Counted from the first letter of the stretch, positions 42,501 through 51,497 are shown. The stretch: 64,000 nucleotides of DNA from Candidatus Binatia bacterium (GCA_038245295.1 JBBRSP010000005.1:1-64000); one strand, 5' to 3'. Notes: a model not told the origin generated them from the sequence alone. Numbers and translations are program-made.

Positions 42501-43048
42501 GTCTCAAGGACAGCAAGGGCCTGCAACATATCGCGCAGCTACTCGAACATCCGCAGCGCGAGTACTTCGTCACCGACCTGGTGATGACGGAGATGCCCCC
42601 CACGTCCGGAGCCGCCGCACAGCTTGGTCGCCTGACGAGCGAACAACTCAGTCGGCTCGGCATGCGGCGCACCAGCGGAGCTGCCGCCGACGCGCCGATC
42701 GACGCGCAGGCGCGCAGCGACTACAAGCGCCACCTCGATTTGTTGCGCCAGCAATTGTCCGAGGCGACGGAGTTCAACGAGGTCGATCGCGCCGCGCGAC
42801 TGCAAGGCGAGATCGACCTGCTGGCCGACGAGTTGCTGTCGGGCGGTAGCCGGGCCAGCCAGCGCTCGTTACGCGCCGCACATGTCGAACGGGCCCGGCT
42901 CAATGTGACGCGGACCATCAAAGCAGCCCTCGGCCGCATCGGCGCGCGTGATCCCGACCTCGGCCGCTATCTGTCGAACACGATCAAGACAGGCGCCTTC
43001 TGCTCCTACACGCCGGATCCGCTCGCGGCGATCGCCTGGATGTTTTAG
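39554..43048 (+). CDS. STAND-like AAA ATPase with TPR-like helical region and C-terminal putative DNA-binding region; start uncertain
   Basis: FIGRERE, Walker A GEAGIGKT, Walker B LLFDDLH, TEGNPFFV, FTHALL; C-terminal KGLQHIAQLL...ERARLNVTRTI. Confidence 0.85.
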   Translation: MSLQAECRLRTTVSTTNRATQEGNERLSPASRNSHVDPSPAPIFIGRERELLELRRGVSDAGNGAGRLFLIVGEAGIGKTRLVQELASSGGAGADVCWARCLEGGGAPAYWPWIQLLRAILHERLPQEIRQALGEGAALVAALVPELRQRLPDVAGLSRPRAFETEDARFPLFDAVTTLLRNLAATRPFVLLFDDLHNADLASLLLLQFVARQLPTTHLAIVGTYRDADVQRDADLAPVLNAIARDGQRLPLSGWSEAEVGRFVHEAFALTPSPQLLANLHQTTEGNPFFVDEVARLLAARQNTLPAGTGDTRLEIPHGVRATIRQRLLPLPAACHDVLAVATVLGREFDLLSLQEATERSATDLLGTLGEAHTAGVLLTIAGAPNRYSFTHALLWETLYDDMMPAQRIDWHHRIALALHRRHARNPLPHLALLAHHFYHGAAGGDATKAVDYCRQAGQHAVTVFAYEEAAQHYERAEQVLALSDGEHEVERLDLLLARGDAQARALSVDAARQTFQLVAASARHLRMPDCFAQAALGFVGLGLGVPRGSVDAAAVSLLEEALAQLGDGDSTLRARVLARLAVELYFSDTAERRFRLGNEAVAMAERVADPITLAAVVSASHFAQWGSIDAASQLAVAKRAVGLAEAAGDGELLLQTRLWLLLDLIEVGDFGAWDRDIEIYARLAESMRLPRYRGIANTLRGLRALTRGDFDVAEALAMQTIALGESSGDRTAFVSVGWQVLVVRQAQGRIAESEPLLRMAQSQMPGIGAFGCLLALLYGEVGRLDEARRELEMLAEDDFGTLARANALASLIPSLAEVCQALGDTRRAAILYDRLLPRAASNISHGPTVSFGPATHTLGILAATQSQWDVAAAHFQDALERSERMGCRPWVAATQYQFARALLTRAAAGDQQHAQSLIDAATSAAAAMRWVSLQEKLKTLSSAATESLPVAVAKKPASVERRCVFRREGEYWAVGLETAAFRLKDSKGLQHIAQLLEHPQREYFVTDLVMTEMPPTSGAAAQLGRLTSEQLSRLGMRRTSGAAADAPIDAQARSDYKRHLDLLRQQLSEATEFNEVDRAARLQGEIDLLADELLSGGSRASQRSLRAAHVERARLNVTRTIKAALGRIGARDPDLGRYLSNTIKTGAFCSYTPDPLAAIAWMF

Positions 43049-43083
43049 GGGCGCGCACGCTCCTCCGATTGGACGCTACTCCC

Positions 43084-43107
43084 GTAGGGGCGGGTCGCGA
43101 ACCGCCC
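43084..43107 (+). repeat. GTAG-type REP of a second family; inverted partner at 43670..43693
   Basis: gtaggggcgggtcgcgaaccgccc and gggccgttcgcgaaccgcccctac. Confidence 0.75.
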
Positions 43108-43194
43108 GGCGAACCGGCGGCACGAAGCAAGCACCGCCGAACGGATCAAAACGCGCCGCCACACACAGCAAGGCCGCCCGCAACAGCTGGACCC

Positions 43195-43642
43195 GGCTTT
43201 GCACGGCAATTCAGATGCGAGGCCTTCGAGACACCGCCAAACATCCTTCGAGACGGCACCAGAAGAAGGTGCCTCCTCAGGCCAAACGGTTACATCGTTG
43301 AGTTCTAAGCTTAATTTCCGTTCGCCCTGAGAGCCCGACCGGCGAAAGCCGGCTTGGCGAGTCTATGAACCGATGCCCATTCACTTCGGCGGCGGTTCCA
43401 TACCTGGGCGAAGCGCCCCCTCTCCCACCTCCAGCGGATTCCCGCAGCGTGGGAGAGGGCCTGGGTGAGGGCCGCACCGGCGTCTAAGTCCGCAGACCAA
43501 CCCTCAGCCTAACCCTCTCCCAGATGTTGCTGGACCGTTCGAGCTGGGAGAGGGAATCAGTGGCAACTCATGTTCATGGGCAGGAGGCCGCATCTTTTCA
43601 GCGGCCGTCTCGAAGGGCATTCTCGAATTGCCGTGCAAAGCC
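43195..43642. mobile_element. MITE copy C (448 bp): perfect 18-bp TIRs, 9-bp TSD gctggaccc, filled with other repeats
   Basis: ggctttgcacggcaattc (43195) ... gaattgccgtgcaaagcc (43625-43642); gctggaccc at 43186-43194 and 43643-43651. Confidence 0.9.
43416..43554. repeat. About 140-bp CCCTCTCCC/GGGAGAGGG double-hairpin repeat
   Basis: Homologous to the reverse complement of 47629..47772. Confidence 0.8.
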
Positions 43643-43798
43643 GCTGGACCCACATCCAGGGCGGCCACCGGGCCGTTCGCGAACCGCCCCTACAGCAGAC
43701 GCGCCGCGCAGAATTCGTCCCCCACGAACGAACAATGTTCGCTCCTTTCGAACCCCTTTCTCTCAGGGACCGATTTACGTCCGTGAAGGAGGCTAACG

Positions 43799-44839
43799 AT
43801 GAGGGGAATGGCAACGGTATTGGTGACTCTGACGCTGGCCGGTGCGGCCCAGGCAACGCCGACCGCTTCGCAAAAGTGTGAGTCCGCCAAGCTGAAGGTT
43901 ACGGGCAAGTACGCCGCCTGCCGACTGCGGGCCGATGGCAAGTCGGTCACCAAGGCGGTGGCGGCCGACTATACGAAGTGCGACGCCAAGCAGCTGAAGG
44001 CGTGGGCCAAGCTGGAGACAAAGTTCGGCGCCGCCTGCCCAACCACGGGGGACCAGGCGGGCATCCAGACCGACGTCACCGAGCTCACGGCGTGTCTGTT
44101 CACCGATCTCAGCGGCATGCCGGCCGGCTGCGACCTGATCACCTGCAACAACAATCTGAATACCTGCCTGAGTGATCTCTCGGCTTGCCAACCGACCTCC
44201 CCGGCAACGCCGCTGAAGACCGGCCAAGTCACCTGCTACACGTTCAACGGCATCGTCATCCCCTGCGCTGGTATCGGGCAAGACGGCGAGTCCCAAAGAG
44301 GCATCGTGCGTCAGTATGTCGACAACCACGACGGCACGGTGACCGACGCAAAGACCGGGCTCATGTGGGAGAAGAAGGACAACAACAATGCCGGCGGCAT
44401 CCATGATGTCGACAACGTCTACATCTTCGACCTCGCCTTGAGTGTGTTCATCGAAGCCCTGAACAATCGCTGCGCCGACGAAACGACGAACTGCTCGCTC
44501 GGCGGTAACACGGCGTGCAGCGGCATCGGCAACGGCATGTGTGGCTTCGCCGGCCACCGCGACTGGCGCGTGCCGAATCGCTTCGAGCTCGAGACACTCC
44601 AGGACCTGGGCATTTCGAACCCAGGCATCAACCCGATCTTCAATACCGGATGTATCCCCGGCTGTAAGCTCACCGATCCGGTCCCGTGCAGCTGCGTCTA
44701 CTCCGGCTACACCCTGACATCAACGAGCTATGCCTGGCAGCCAAACTACGCCTGGTCCGTCGACTTCTATTACGGCGACGTGACCTACCAGAGTAAGAAC
44801 TTTCAGGAGAATGTGCGCGCCGTGCGCGGTGGCGCGTGA
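43799..44839 (+). CDS. Secreted DUF1566 (Lcl C-terminal-like) domain protein
   Basis: GGAGG RBS, signal peptide, TGQ..C, GQDG, DNHDGTVTDAKTGLMWEK, GHRDWRVPNRFEL, VRAVRGG. Confidence 0.88.
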   Translation: MRGMATVLVTLTLAGAAQATPTASQKCESAKLKVTGKYAACRLRADGKSVTKAVAADYTKCDAKQLKAWAKLETKFGAACPTTGDQAGIQTDVTELTACLFTDLSGMPAGCDLITCNNNLNTCLSDLSACQPTSPATPLKTGQVTCYTFNGIVIPCAGIGQDGESQRGIVRQYVDNHDGTVTDAKTGLMWEKKDNNNAGGIHDVDNVYIFDLALSVFIEALNNRCADETTNCSLGGNTACSGIGNGMCGFAGHRDWRVPNRFELETLQDLGISNPGINPIFNTGCIPGCKLTDPVPCSCVYSGYTLTSTSYAWQPNYAWSVDFYYGDVTYQSKNFQENVRAVRGGA

Positions 44840-44930
44840 GGCCGGGCTGAAACGGAGCCGGCGTGCCTCACGCCGCCAGGTGGAGTTCACCGATGGCGGG
44901 CTGGGGGCAGCCCGTCTCCGTTCCAGGCGA

Positions 44931-45722
44931 TCATCCTCGCCGTGGCAGAACAAACGGCACGCCGGTGGTGGGGTCGGCATCAACGCGGCAGTCGGCGTCG
45001 AACACCTGTCGGATCATCTGGCTTGAAACGACCTCGGCCGGCGCGCCCACCGCCACGAGATGGCCGTTTTTCAAGATCGCGATGCGATCGCAGTAGAGCG
45101 CCGCAAGATTGAGATCATGCAGCACCGTGGCGATCGCCCTGCCCTCGCCGCGCAGCTGCGACAGGATCTCGTACATCGCCATCTGGTGATGCAGATCGAG
45201 AAACGCCGCCGGCTCGTCGAGCAACAGGATCGGCGCCTCTTGCGCCAGAGCCCGCGCGAACATGACGCGCTGGCGCTCGCCGCCGCTGAGCTCTTGAATG
45301 GTGCGGCCAGCCAGGTCGGCGATGCCGAGCCGCAGCATCACGGCGTCGGCTACCGCACGGTCGTGTTCACTCTCCAAGGCAAACGTCCGCAGACGCGGCG
45401 CCCGGCCCATCAACACGATCTCGGCCACCGTGAACGGGAACGGCACCAACCCTTCTTGCGGAACGACGGCAATTTGCCGAGCCGCTTCGACCCGCTTGAG
45501 TCCCGACAGAATCTGGTCATCGAGCCACACACTACCGGTGCGCGGCTCCAACATGCCGGCGAGCAACTTGAGCAGTGTCGACTTGCCCGAGCCGTTGGGT
45601 CCGATGATGCCGAGAATCTCCCCGGACTGCACCCGTAGGGAAATCCCACCAACCACCGGCTCGGCGCCATAGGCGAAGCTGACGTCGCGCGCCTCGAGGC
45701 TGGGATTCGGCTTCAGCTCCAT
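44931..45722 (-). CDS. ABC transporter ATP-binding subunit (BtuD-like)
   Basis: GPNGSGKST, LSGGERQR, LLLDEP, LHDLNLA; start at MELKP. Confidence 0.92.
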   Translation of the reverse strand: MELKPNPSLEARDVSFAYGAEPVVGGISLRVQSGEILGIIGPNGSGKSTLLKLLAGMLEPRTGSVWLDDQILSGLKRVEAARQIAVVPQEGLVPFPFTVAEIVLMGRAPRLRTFALESEHDRAVADAVMLRLGIADLAGRTIQELSGGERQRVMFARALAQEAPILLLDEPAAFLDLHHQMAMYEILSQLRGEGRAIATVLHDLNLAALYCDRIAILKNGHLVAVGAPAEVVSSQMIRQVFDADCRVDADPTTGVPFVLPRRG

Positions 45723-46729
45723 CGCCGCCCCTCGCGCTGCAGCAAGTAGACGAAGAACGGCCCGCCACACAGCGCCGTCACTACGCCCACCGGCAACTCC
45801 ACCGAGCCCAGCGCGACGCGCGCGATCAGGTCGGCCCAGACCAGGAAGCTGGCTCCCGCCAACAAGGACGCCGGCAACAACAGCCGATGGTCGGCGCCGA
45901 ACAACAAGCGCACCACGTGCGGCACGATCAAACCGACAAAGCCGATCATGCCGCTCACCGAGACGACGGCGCCCACCAATAACGACGAGGCAAAGAACAC
46001 CATGCGGCGCACACGTTCGACGTCGACGCCCAATGCCATGGCCGCATCGTCGCCGAGCGCCAGCAAGTTCAAGGCGTGCGCCTGCGACAACAAGCACACC
46101 GCCGCCACGGCTACGTAGACAAAGATGCCGGCCGTCAGCGCAAACGAACGTGCCGTCAGACTACCCATGAGCCAGAACAAGATGCCCTGCGCCTGGAGGA
46201 GATCGGCGAGGGCATTCACGCACATGATCAGCGCGCCCGTAAACGCGTTGTAGACGACGCCCGCCAGCAACAGCACGTGTGGATGCAACCGCCCGTGCAC
46301 TCGTCCGAGCCGGTAGATCACCGCCATCGACAACAAGGCCCCGACGGATGCCGCCGCCGGCAACAATGCCGTCTCCGCCAACCAACCGCGTCCGCCGAGC
46401 ACAACCCCCAACACGGCGCCCAAAGCTGCGCCACCCGAGATTCCGAGAAGATGCGGCTCGGCCAACGGATTGCCGAGCAAGCCTTGCAGCGACGCCCCGG
46501 CCAGCGCCAGACCGCCACCGACGATGGCCGCCAACAAGACGCGCGGCAGACGCGTCTGCAGCAGGATCATCGCGTCGGTCTCGCTACCGCGTCCGCTCAG
46601 CACCGACCACACGTCGACATGGATGCTGCCAATGGCGCAGGCCGCGAGCATGCTCAGCAGGAGGAACACCGCGAGCACGCTGAGAACTCGCGTCAATCGG
46701 CGCGACGTGAGGGTTGGGCGGATCGTCAT
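45713..46729 (-). CDS. FecCD/BtuC-family permease
   Basis: RLPRVLLA, NPLAEPHLLGIS, GMIGFVGLIVPH. Confidence 0.93.
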   Translation of the reverse strand: MTIRPTLTSRRLTRVLSVLAVFLLLSMLAACAIGSIHVDVWSVLSGRGSETDAMILLQTRLPRVLLAAIVGGGLALAGASLQGLLGNPLAEPHLLGISGGAALGAVLGVVLGGRGWLAETALLPAAASVGALLSMAVIYRLGRVHGRLHPHVLLLAGVVYNAFTGALIMCVNALADLLQAQGILFWLMGSLTARSFALTAGIFVYVAVAAVCLLSQAHALNLLALGDDAAMALGVDVERVRRMVFFASSLLVGAVVSVSGMIGFVGLIVPHVVRLLFGADHRLLLPASLLAGASFLVWADLIARVALGSVELPVGVVTALCGGPFFVYLLQREGRRWS

Positions 46730-47820
46730 GGAGCTTTCTCAGTCGCCGGAGATGCGTCAAACACTTCCGGATGGATGAAGCGCGCCAGCGTCTCGAGGGC
46801 TTCGGGAAGACGCGGCCCGGGGCGCAGCAGCTCGTCACTGCGATAGCCGTAAACATGCCCAGCACGCACCGCCGGCAACGTCGGATACTGTTTCCAGAAC
46901 GAAAGGAGCTCGGCGCCACCGAGTCGTTCCTCCGAACCCATTGTCGTATCGATGATCACCTCCGGCGCTGCCGCCAATACGGCCTCGATACTGATCCGCG
47001 GCCATGTCCCGCCCACCGTCGCCGCCACGTTGCGTCCCCGCGTCATTTGCAGCAGCTCGTTTTGATAGGTACCGTCGCCGACGGCCACTAGGGGCGTCTG
47101 ACCAACCACCATGAGCACGCGGCGTTCCGGACTCGCCGCAAGACGTTGGCGTATTGCCGCCAGGTGTTCTTCGGTCTGCGCCGCCAACCGTCGTCCGGCA
47201 GCCTCGAGACCAATCGCCGTGCCGATGGTGACGAACGACTCGAGGATGTCGTGCACGTTGCGCGCATCGAGCACGAGGACGCGAATGCCGAGACGTTGCA
47301 GCGTCTCGATCGGCGCGCGATTGCCGGGCGACGGCAGCACCAACACGACATCCGGCTTCTTGGCGATAATTGCTTCGATGTTCGGCGTCAGGAACGTACC
47401 GACCTTGTCGATGCGAAGTGCCTCGGGCGGGTAGTCGCAGTGCACCGACACACCGGCCAATCGGTCACCAGCGCCGAGCGCGAAAATGGTCTCGGTGATC
47501 GACGGTGCCAGCGAGATGATGCGCCCCCCCTCGCCGAGCGCCGGCCCGGCGAGGAGGAGGAAGGCGAACACCACCGCCACAATGCAACGCGCGCTCCTCT
47601 CGGAAACGACCCCGCGGCAACCAAGCTTCCCCTCTCCCAGCTCGAATGAAACCGCGGCACCTGGGAGAGGGTTAGGGTGAGGGTTGGTCTGTGGAACCGA
47701 CGGGTGACATCCGCGGGCCCTCACCCCGACCCTCTCCCACAACCGCCGTCTCCGCTCGGAGTGGGAGAGGGGGTGCTTGGTTTTCATCACAATCGAGGAG
47801 CCCCACGACATGAAGCACAT
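46726..47820 (-). CDS. Cobalamin-binding periplasmic protein (BtuF-like); start uncertain because a repeat occupies the 5' region
   Basis: RIISLAPSITETIFALGAG, CDYP, LRPGPRL. Confidence 0.85.
   Translation of the reverse strand: MCFMSWGSSIVMKTKHPLSHSERRRRLWERVGVRARGCHPSVPQTNPHPNPLPGAAVSFELGEGKLGCRGVVSERSARCIVAVVFAFLLLAGPALGEGGRIISLAPSITETIFALGAGDRLAGVSVHCDYPPEALRIDKVGTFLTPNIEAIIAKKPDVVLVLPSPGNRAPIETLQRLGIRVLVLDARNVHDILESFVTIGTAIGLEAAGRRLAAQTEEHLAAIRQRLAASPERRVLMVVGQTPLVAVGDGTYQNELLQMTRGRNVAATVGGTWPRISIEAVLAAAPEVIIDTTMGSEERLGGAELLSFWKQYPTLPAVRAGHVYGYRSDELLRPGPRLPEALETLARFIHPEVFDASPATEKAP
47629..47772. repeat. CCCTCTCCC/GGGAGAGGG double-hairpin repeat at the 5' end of the btuF-like ORF
   Basis: ccctctcccag...ctgggagagggttagggtgaggg...ccctcaccccgaccctctcccac...gtgggagaggggg. 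Confidence 0.8.
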
Positions 47821-49076
47821 CAAGGCACGAAGACGATATCGAAGGGCGGTAGACCTGTATCCAGTGGGTTCGCCAGCAACGCCGTTCCATCAGAAGCGCG
47901 GAAGATGCGTACTCCCGAGGCGCCAATGGTTCGATCCGACGCGAACAACTCGCCGCGGCTGTTGATCTCGATATCGGCAATGTTCCCCGCCGCCAGCGTC
48001 TGCGTCACCTGCTGCGTTCCCAGATCATAGGCAATCAACGCCGTCGAGAAGTCGGCCTTCGAGATGATCAGATAGACGAGCGTATCCGATGCGTACACGA
48101 AGTCGGTGATGTCACCGCCGGCCTGCGCCTCGGTGACGACGTATCCGGCACTCGCCCCAGTCGTCAGATCGACGCGTTCGATGCCGCCGTCGTTGACGCC
48201 GAACAGTCCGACATCCGACACCAGGATCGAACCGTCACGCACCGTCAGGCCCTTGGTCTCGGCAAAGGGATCGGAACCGGTCAGCTCGATCGAGTCGACG
48301 ACCTCGTCCGTGTCGGTGTCGATAACCACCAGAAGCCCGGGCTTGCCGGCAACGAAGTTGGTGAGGCGCTGGAGCGACACATAGGCGCGGCGCCCGACCA
48401 CCACCGCCTGGGCCATTTCGGGAATGCCGTCCGCGTCGGCGTAACTCGACAAGTCGATGCTGCCGCGCACGAAAGCAGTGCAGTTGGAGCCGACCGACGG
48501 ATCGACAACCAGGAGTTGGGCACGCGCATACAACGGCACATACGCCTTGCTCGGCGACGCAAAGGCGATGTCGTTCGGATTGCTGCCGGCGCCGGTCGAG
48601 CAAGACTTGACGGTTGCAAAACCGGCACTCGGGTCGATCTCTTGCACACTGTCACTGCCGAAGCGGTTCACCACATAGATCTTGTTGCGATAGACGCGCG
48701 GCGTCGCGTCGCTGCCAACGTGGCGACCGGCGTTAGCTCCGACGACCGTGCGTGGCGGGTCGAGAGTGATGGTCGCAAACGAGCCGGTTTGAAAGTCGGT
48801 GGCAACGACGAAAGCACGCCCCTCCGGAGCCCCATCGATGGCGACACGCACGGCGGCCACGAGTTCATCAACCGTCACCTGCCCGTCGCCGTTGACGTCG
48901 GCGGCCGCACAGGTCGACACCGGCTGCATCTCGAGCGCGATGTTCACGGCCCGCACAATCTCATCCACGGTCACGTCGCCGCTGTCGTCGCAGTCGCCGA
49001 CGACGGCATAGACGGGTGCCGCGGCGCACGACAGGATCAAGGCTCCGCAAATGATCATGGTTCGTGTCGTCATCAT
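47820..49076 (-). CDS. Secreted beta-propeller (YncE/BtuG-like) with N-terminal dockerin-like domain
   Basis: AGGAG RBS before MMTTR, signal peptide, GDCDDSGDVTVDE...DVNGDGQVTVDE, then IYVVNRFG, SNPNDIAF..KAYV blades. Confidence 0.75.
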   Translation of the reverse strand: MMTTRTMIICGALILSCAAAPVYAVVGDCDDSGDVTVDEIVRAVNIALEMQPVSTCAAADVNGDGQVTVDELVAAVRVAIDGAPEGRAFVVATDFQTGSFATITLDPPRTVVGANAGRHVGSDATPRVYRNKIYVVNRFGSDSVQEIDPSAGFATVKSCSTGAGSNPNDIAFASPSKAYVPLYARAQLLVVDPSVGSNCTAFVRGSIDLSSYADADGIPEMAQAVVVGRRAYVSLQRLTNFVAGKPGLLVVIDTDTDEVVDSIELTGSDPFAETKGLTVRDGSILVSDVGLFGVNDGGIERVDLTTGASAGYVVTEAQAGGDITDFVYASDTLVYLIISKADFSTALIAYDLGTQQVTQTLAAGNIADIEINSRGELFASDRTIGASGVRIFRASDGTALLANPLDTGLPPFDIVFVP

Positions 49077-49090
49077 CCTGGTCTCCTCTT

Positions 49091-51106
49091 CTACAGTTTG
49101 CAGCTGATGGTTCCAAAGAAGGAGCGACCGGGAAGCGGGAAGCCGCCCACGTCGCTGACTTGGCTGTCGGTGAAATTCTGCGCCTCGAAATTTAGCGCCG
49201 CCCACTCGGTGAGGTTGAAGCGCAAGCCGAGAGTGTGCACGCGGCGATCACTCGTTGGTTTCTGAAAATTGGCCTGGTCGAAGAAGTTGCCACTGACGAA
49301 ATTAAACTCGTAGTAAAGCTTGGCCGGTGCCTGGACCAACTCGAGGCGGGTGTACAGCTCGTCGGCCGGCCGGCCGGGCAGCTGCTTTCCGGTGTACGCC
49401 GACGCGACGTGACTGCGATTGTAGGTATCCTGATTCGTATAGTTGACGTCGAGCTGAACGAAACGAATGGCAGCGACGTGAGCGCTGACCTCATGACCGC
49501 TCAGGCGCGCCCCACTGATATTCTCGGGCCGGGCAAAGGACGGCGAATTCTGCACCGGCAGGATCAGATCGTCGACGTCATTCGAGAAATAGGCGTACTC
49601 GAGGTGCGCGTCGCGTATCCACGGCGGCGGCACGGCGGCGATGACGAAGCCCACATCACGGTTGACTGCCGTCTCCGGCCGCAGCGTCGGGTTGCCGACA
49701 AAGCTGCCACTGTTGCCAAACAGCTCGGTGAAGTTGGGGGCGCGCTGGAAGCGGCCGATGTTGGCCCGTGTGGCAAACCAGGAAAGCCAACGTACTTGCG
49801 CGCCGATCGACGGACTGAACAGGTCATGCTCGGTCGTCTGCGCCAGCACCGGCGGTCGACCGATGTTACGAATATCGCCGGTCAGTCGATCGTGGACGTT
49901 CTCGTAACGCAGCGTCGGCACGATCATCAGGCGATCGTCAAACCAGGAGCTCTGATGTTGCAGCCCGACATTCGTGTGCACGCGCCAGGCATCGGCATCG
50001 GAGATCGTGCGTACTTTACTCGTCGCCGGACTGAACAGCTCGTGCGACACATCCAGGTCGCCTTCGAGCGCCTGATCATTGGCAAGATAGTAGGTACCGT
50101 TCAGTTTGCCGCCGAAGACGCGGCTCTGATCGTCGCGGTCCTGCACACCGGTGCCGATCCTGCCGGTTGGGTCCTTGAATTGGGCGCGTTCGTAGATCGC
50201 GTAAAACGTGCTCGCCGTGTCGAGATGCGACACCACGAAGTCGCTAGTGCGAGCGCGCAGGTAGTTCAGCGAACGCAGGTTGTCGAATGATGCGTCGGGC
50301 GACTGGTTGTGGGCGTTGCCCGGAACACCCTGATCTTTGACGAGCAGCTCGCTGGTCACGTCCACATCGACGTGTGGCAATGGCGCATAGGTGCCTTTGA
50401 GGAGTGTATCGAGCGCATCAAAGGCGTTGTTGATGCGCCGCTGATCGACGGCGTGTGTGGTGTCGGTGCTGGCGTTGGGGCTGCTGTCCTTAAAGTGGAA
50501 GTTGCCGGCGCTGCCGAGATAGGTGGCATAGCCAAGCAACCCGACATCACCGACACGGCGTGAGTAGGAAGCCGTTACCTTGCGCGTATCGAAAGAGCCG
50601 TACGATCCGGAGATCTGTCCCTCGGGTGTTTCACTCGGCGGCTTGCTGATCAGACTGACGACGCCGCCGAGTCCGGCGCCACCGAGATGCACCGGCGCCG
50701 TGCCGCGATAGACTTCGATGCGCGACAGGCTTTCGAGCGGCAGATCACCGAGGCTGACCGTTTCGTTGCGCGCTCGCGACAGCGGCACACCATCAAGAAA
50801 GATCTGCACCTGATTGGCCGACGAGCCGCGGATCGACAAGGTACTGAAGGCGCCGAGCCCGCCGAAACGACGCACACTGACACCGACACTTTCGGCGAGC
50901 GCGTCGGTGACGGTCTCGACTTCGCCGGCATGGGCGTCGGGCTCGATCACGGCGACAAAACTGGTGGGAGCTTTGCTCTCCGCCTCACCGAGGGCGCTAG
51001 CGCGAACGGTCACGCTCGCCGACGGCTCGTCGGCGAGCGCGGCGGCCGGAGCGGTCGCCAGAATGCCGAGCAGGGCCCAGGCGCGTGTTACCGCGGAGCA
51101 GTTCAA
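49091..51106 (-). CDS. TonB-dependent receptor, probably for cobalamin (BtuB-like); start uncertain
   Basis: Plug motifs LSIRGS..QV.IFLDGVP and RIEVYRG; RAPNFTELF, NPTLRPE, PLPGRSF; downstream of a B12 riboswitch. Confidence 0.88.
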   Translation of the reverse strand: MNCSAVTRAWALLGILATAPAAALADEPSASVTVRASALGEAESKAPTSFVAVIEPDAHAGEVETVTDALAESVGVSVRRFGGLGAFSTLSIRGSSANQVQIFLDGVPLSRARNETVSLGDLPLESLSRIEVYRGTAPVHLGGAGLGGVVSLISKPPSETPEGQISGSYGSFDTRKVTASYSRRVGDVGLLGYATYLGSAGNFHFKDSSPNASTDTTHAVDQRRINNAFDALDTLLKGTYAPLPHVDVDVTSELLVKDQGVPGNAHNQSPDASFDNLRSLNYLRARTSDFVVSHLDTASTFYAIYERAQFKDPTGRIGTGVQDRDDQSRVFGGKLNGTYYLANDQALEGDLDVSHELFSPATSKVRTISDADAWRVHTNVGLQHQSSWFDDRLMIVPTLRYENVHDRLTGDIRNIGRPPVLAQTTEHDLFSPSIGAQVRWLSWFATRANIGRFQRAPNFTELFGNSGSFVGNPTLRPETAVNRDVGFVIAAVPPPWIRDAHLEYAYFSNDVDDLILPVQNSPSFARPENISGARLSGHEVSAHVAAIRFVQLDVNYTNQDTYNRSHVASAYTGKQLPGRPADELYTRLELVQAPAKLYYEFNFVSGNFFDQANFQKPTSDRRVHTLGLRFNLTEWAALNFEAQNFTDSQVSDVGGFPLPGRSFFGTISCKL

Positions 51107-51292
51107 ATTCAGACATCCCCGTGTCGGCGTCGTAAACGACGCTGGCCATCGCCGGGCCGATGAGTGACGACATTTTGAGGGGAAGCTCCCTACCGTAGAA
51201 ACGAAAACCCGGCGACGCGAATGCGTCCCGGGTGTGGGTAGGAGACCGACTCCGCAAATTGCCCTCACACCCCGGAGGACTGCGCTTGCTGC

Positions 51293-51450
51293 GTGGCCAG
51301 GTCTCCTGACTTCCGGCTGCCTACTAACGACGCCTTCCCATCAAAATTGACAGTGGCGAATGTGTCGCGTTCGTTCCGGTTACAGTGGCGGGGGCCGTGC
51401 CGGATTCACACCGGCTTCCCTCAACCCTGCAGCGTGCGCTTTCTATGGAG
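51293..51450 (-). ncRNA. Cobalamin riboswitch 2 (upstream of the TonB-dependent receptor)
   Basis: Minus strand AGGGAAGCCGGTGTGAATCCGGCACGGCCCCCGCCACTGT...GCCACTG...GGGAAGG...AGTCAGGAGACCTG. Confidence 0.92.
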
Positions 51451-51497
51451 TGGTGGCGCGGCTGAGTCAACCCTGATTGTGGCGTCTGATTGTGGCG

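Noticed and set aside
43799..44839. Diversity-generating retroelement target
   Set aside because: No reverse transcriptase and no template repeat differing at adenines seen in the window.
45723..46097. N-terminal extension of the ABC ATPase ORF
   Set aside because: Overlaps the permease; the ATG at 45722 gives a normal-length protein.
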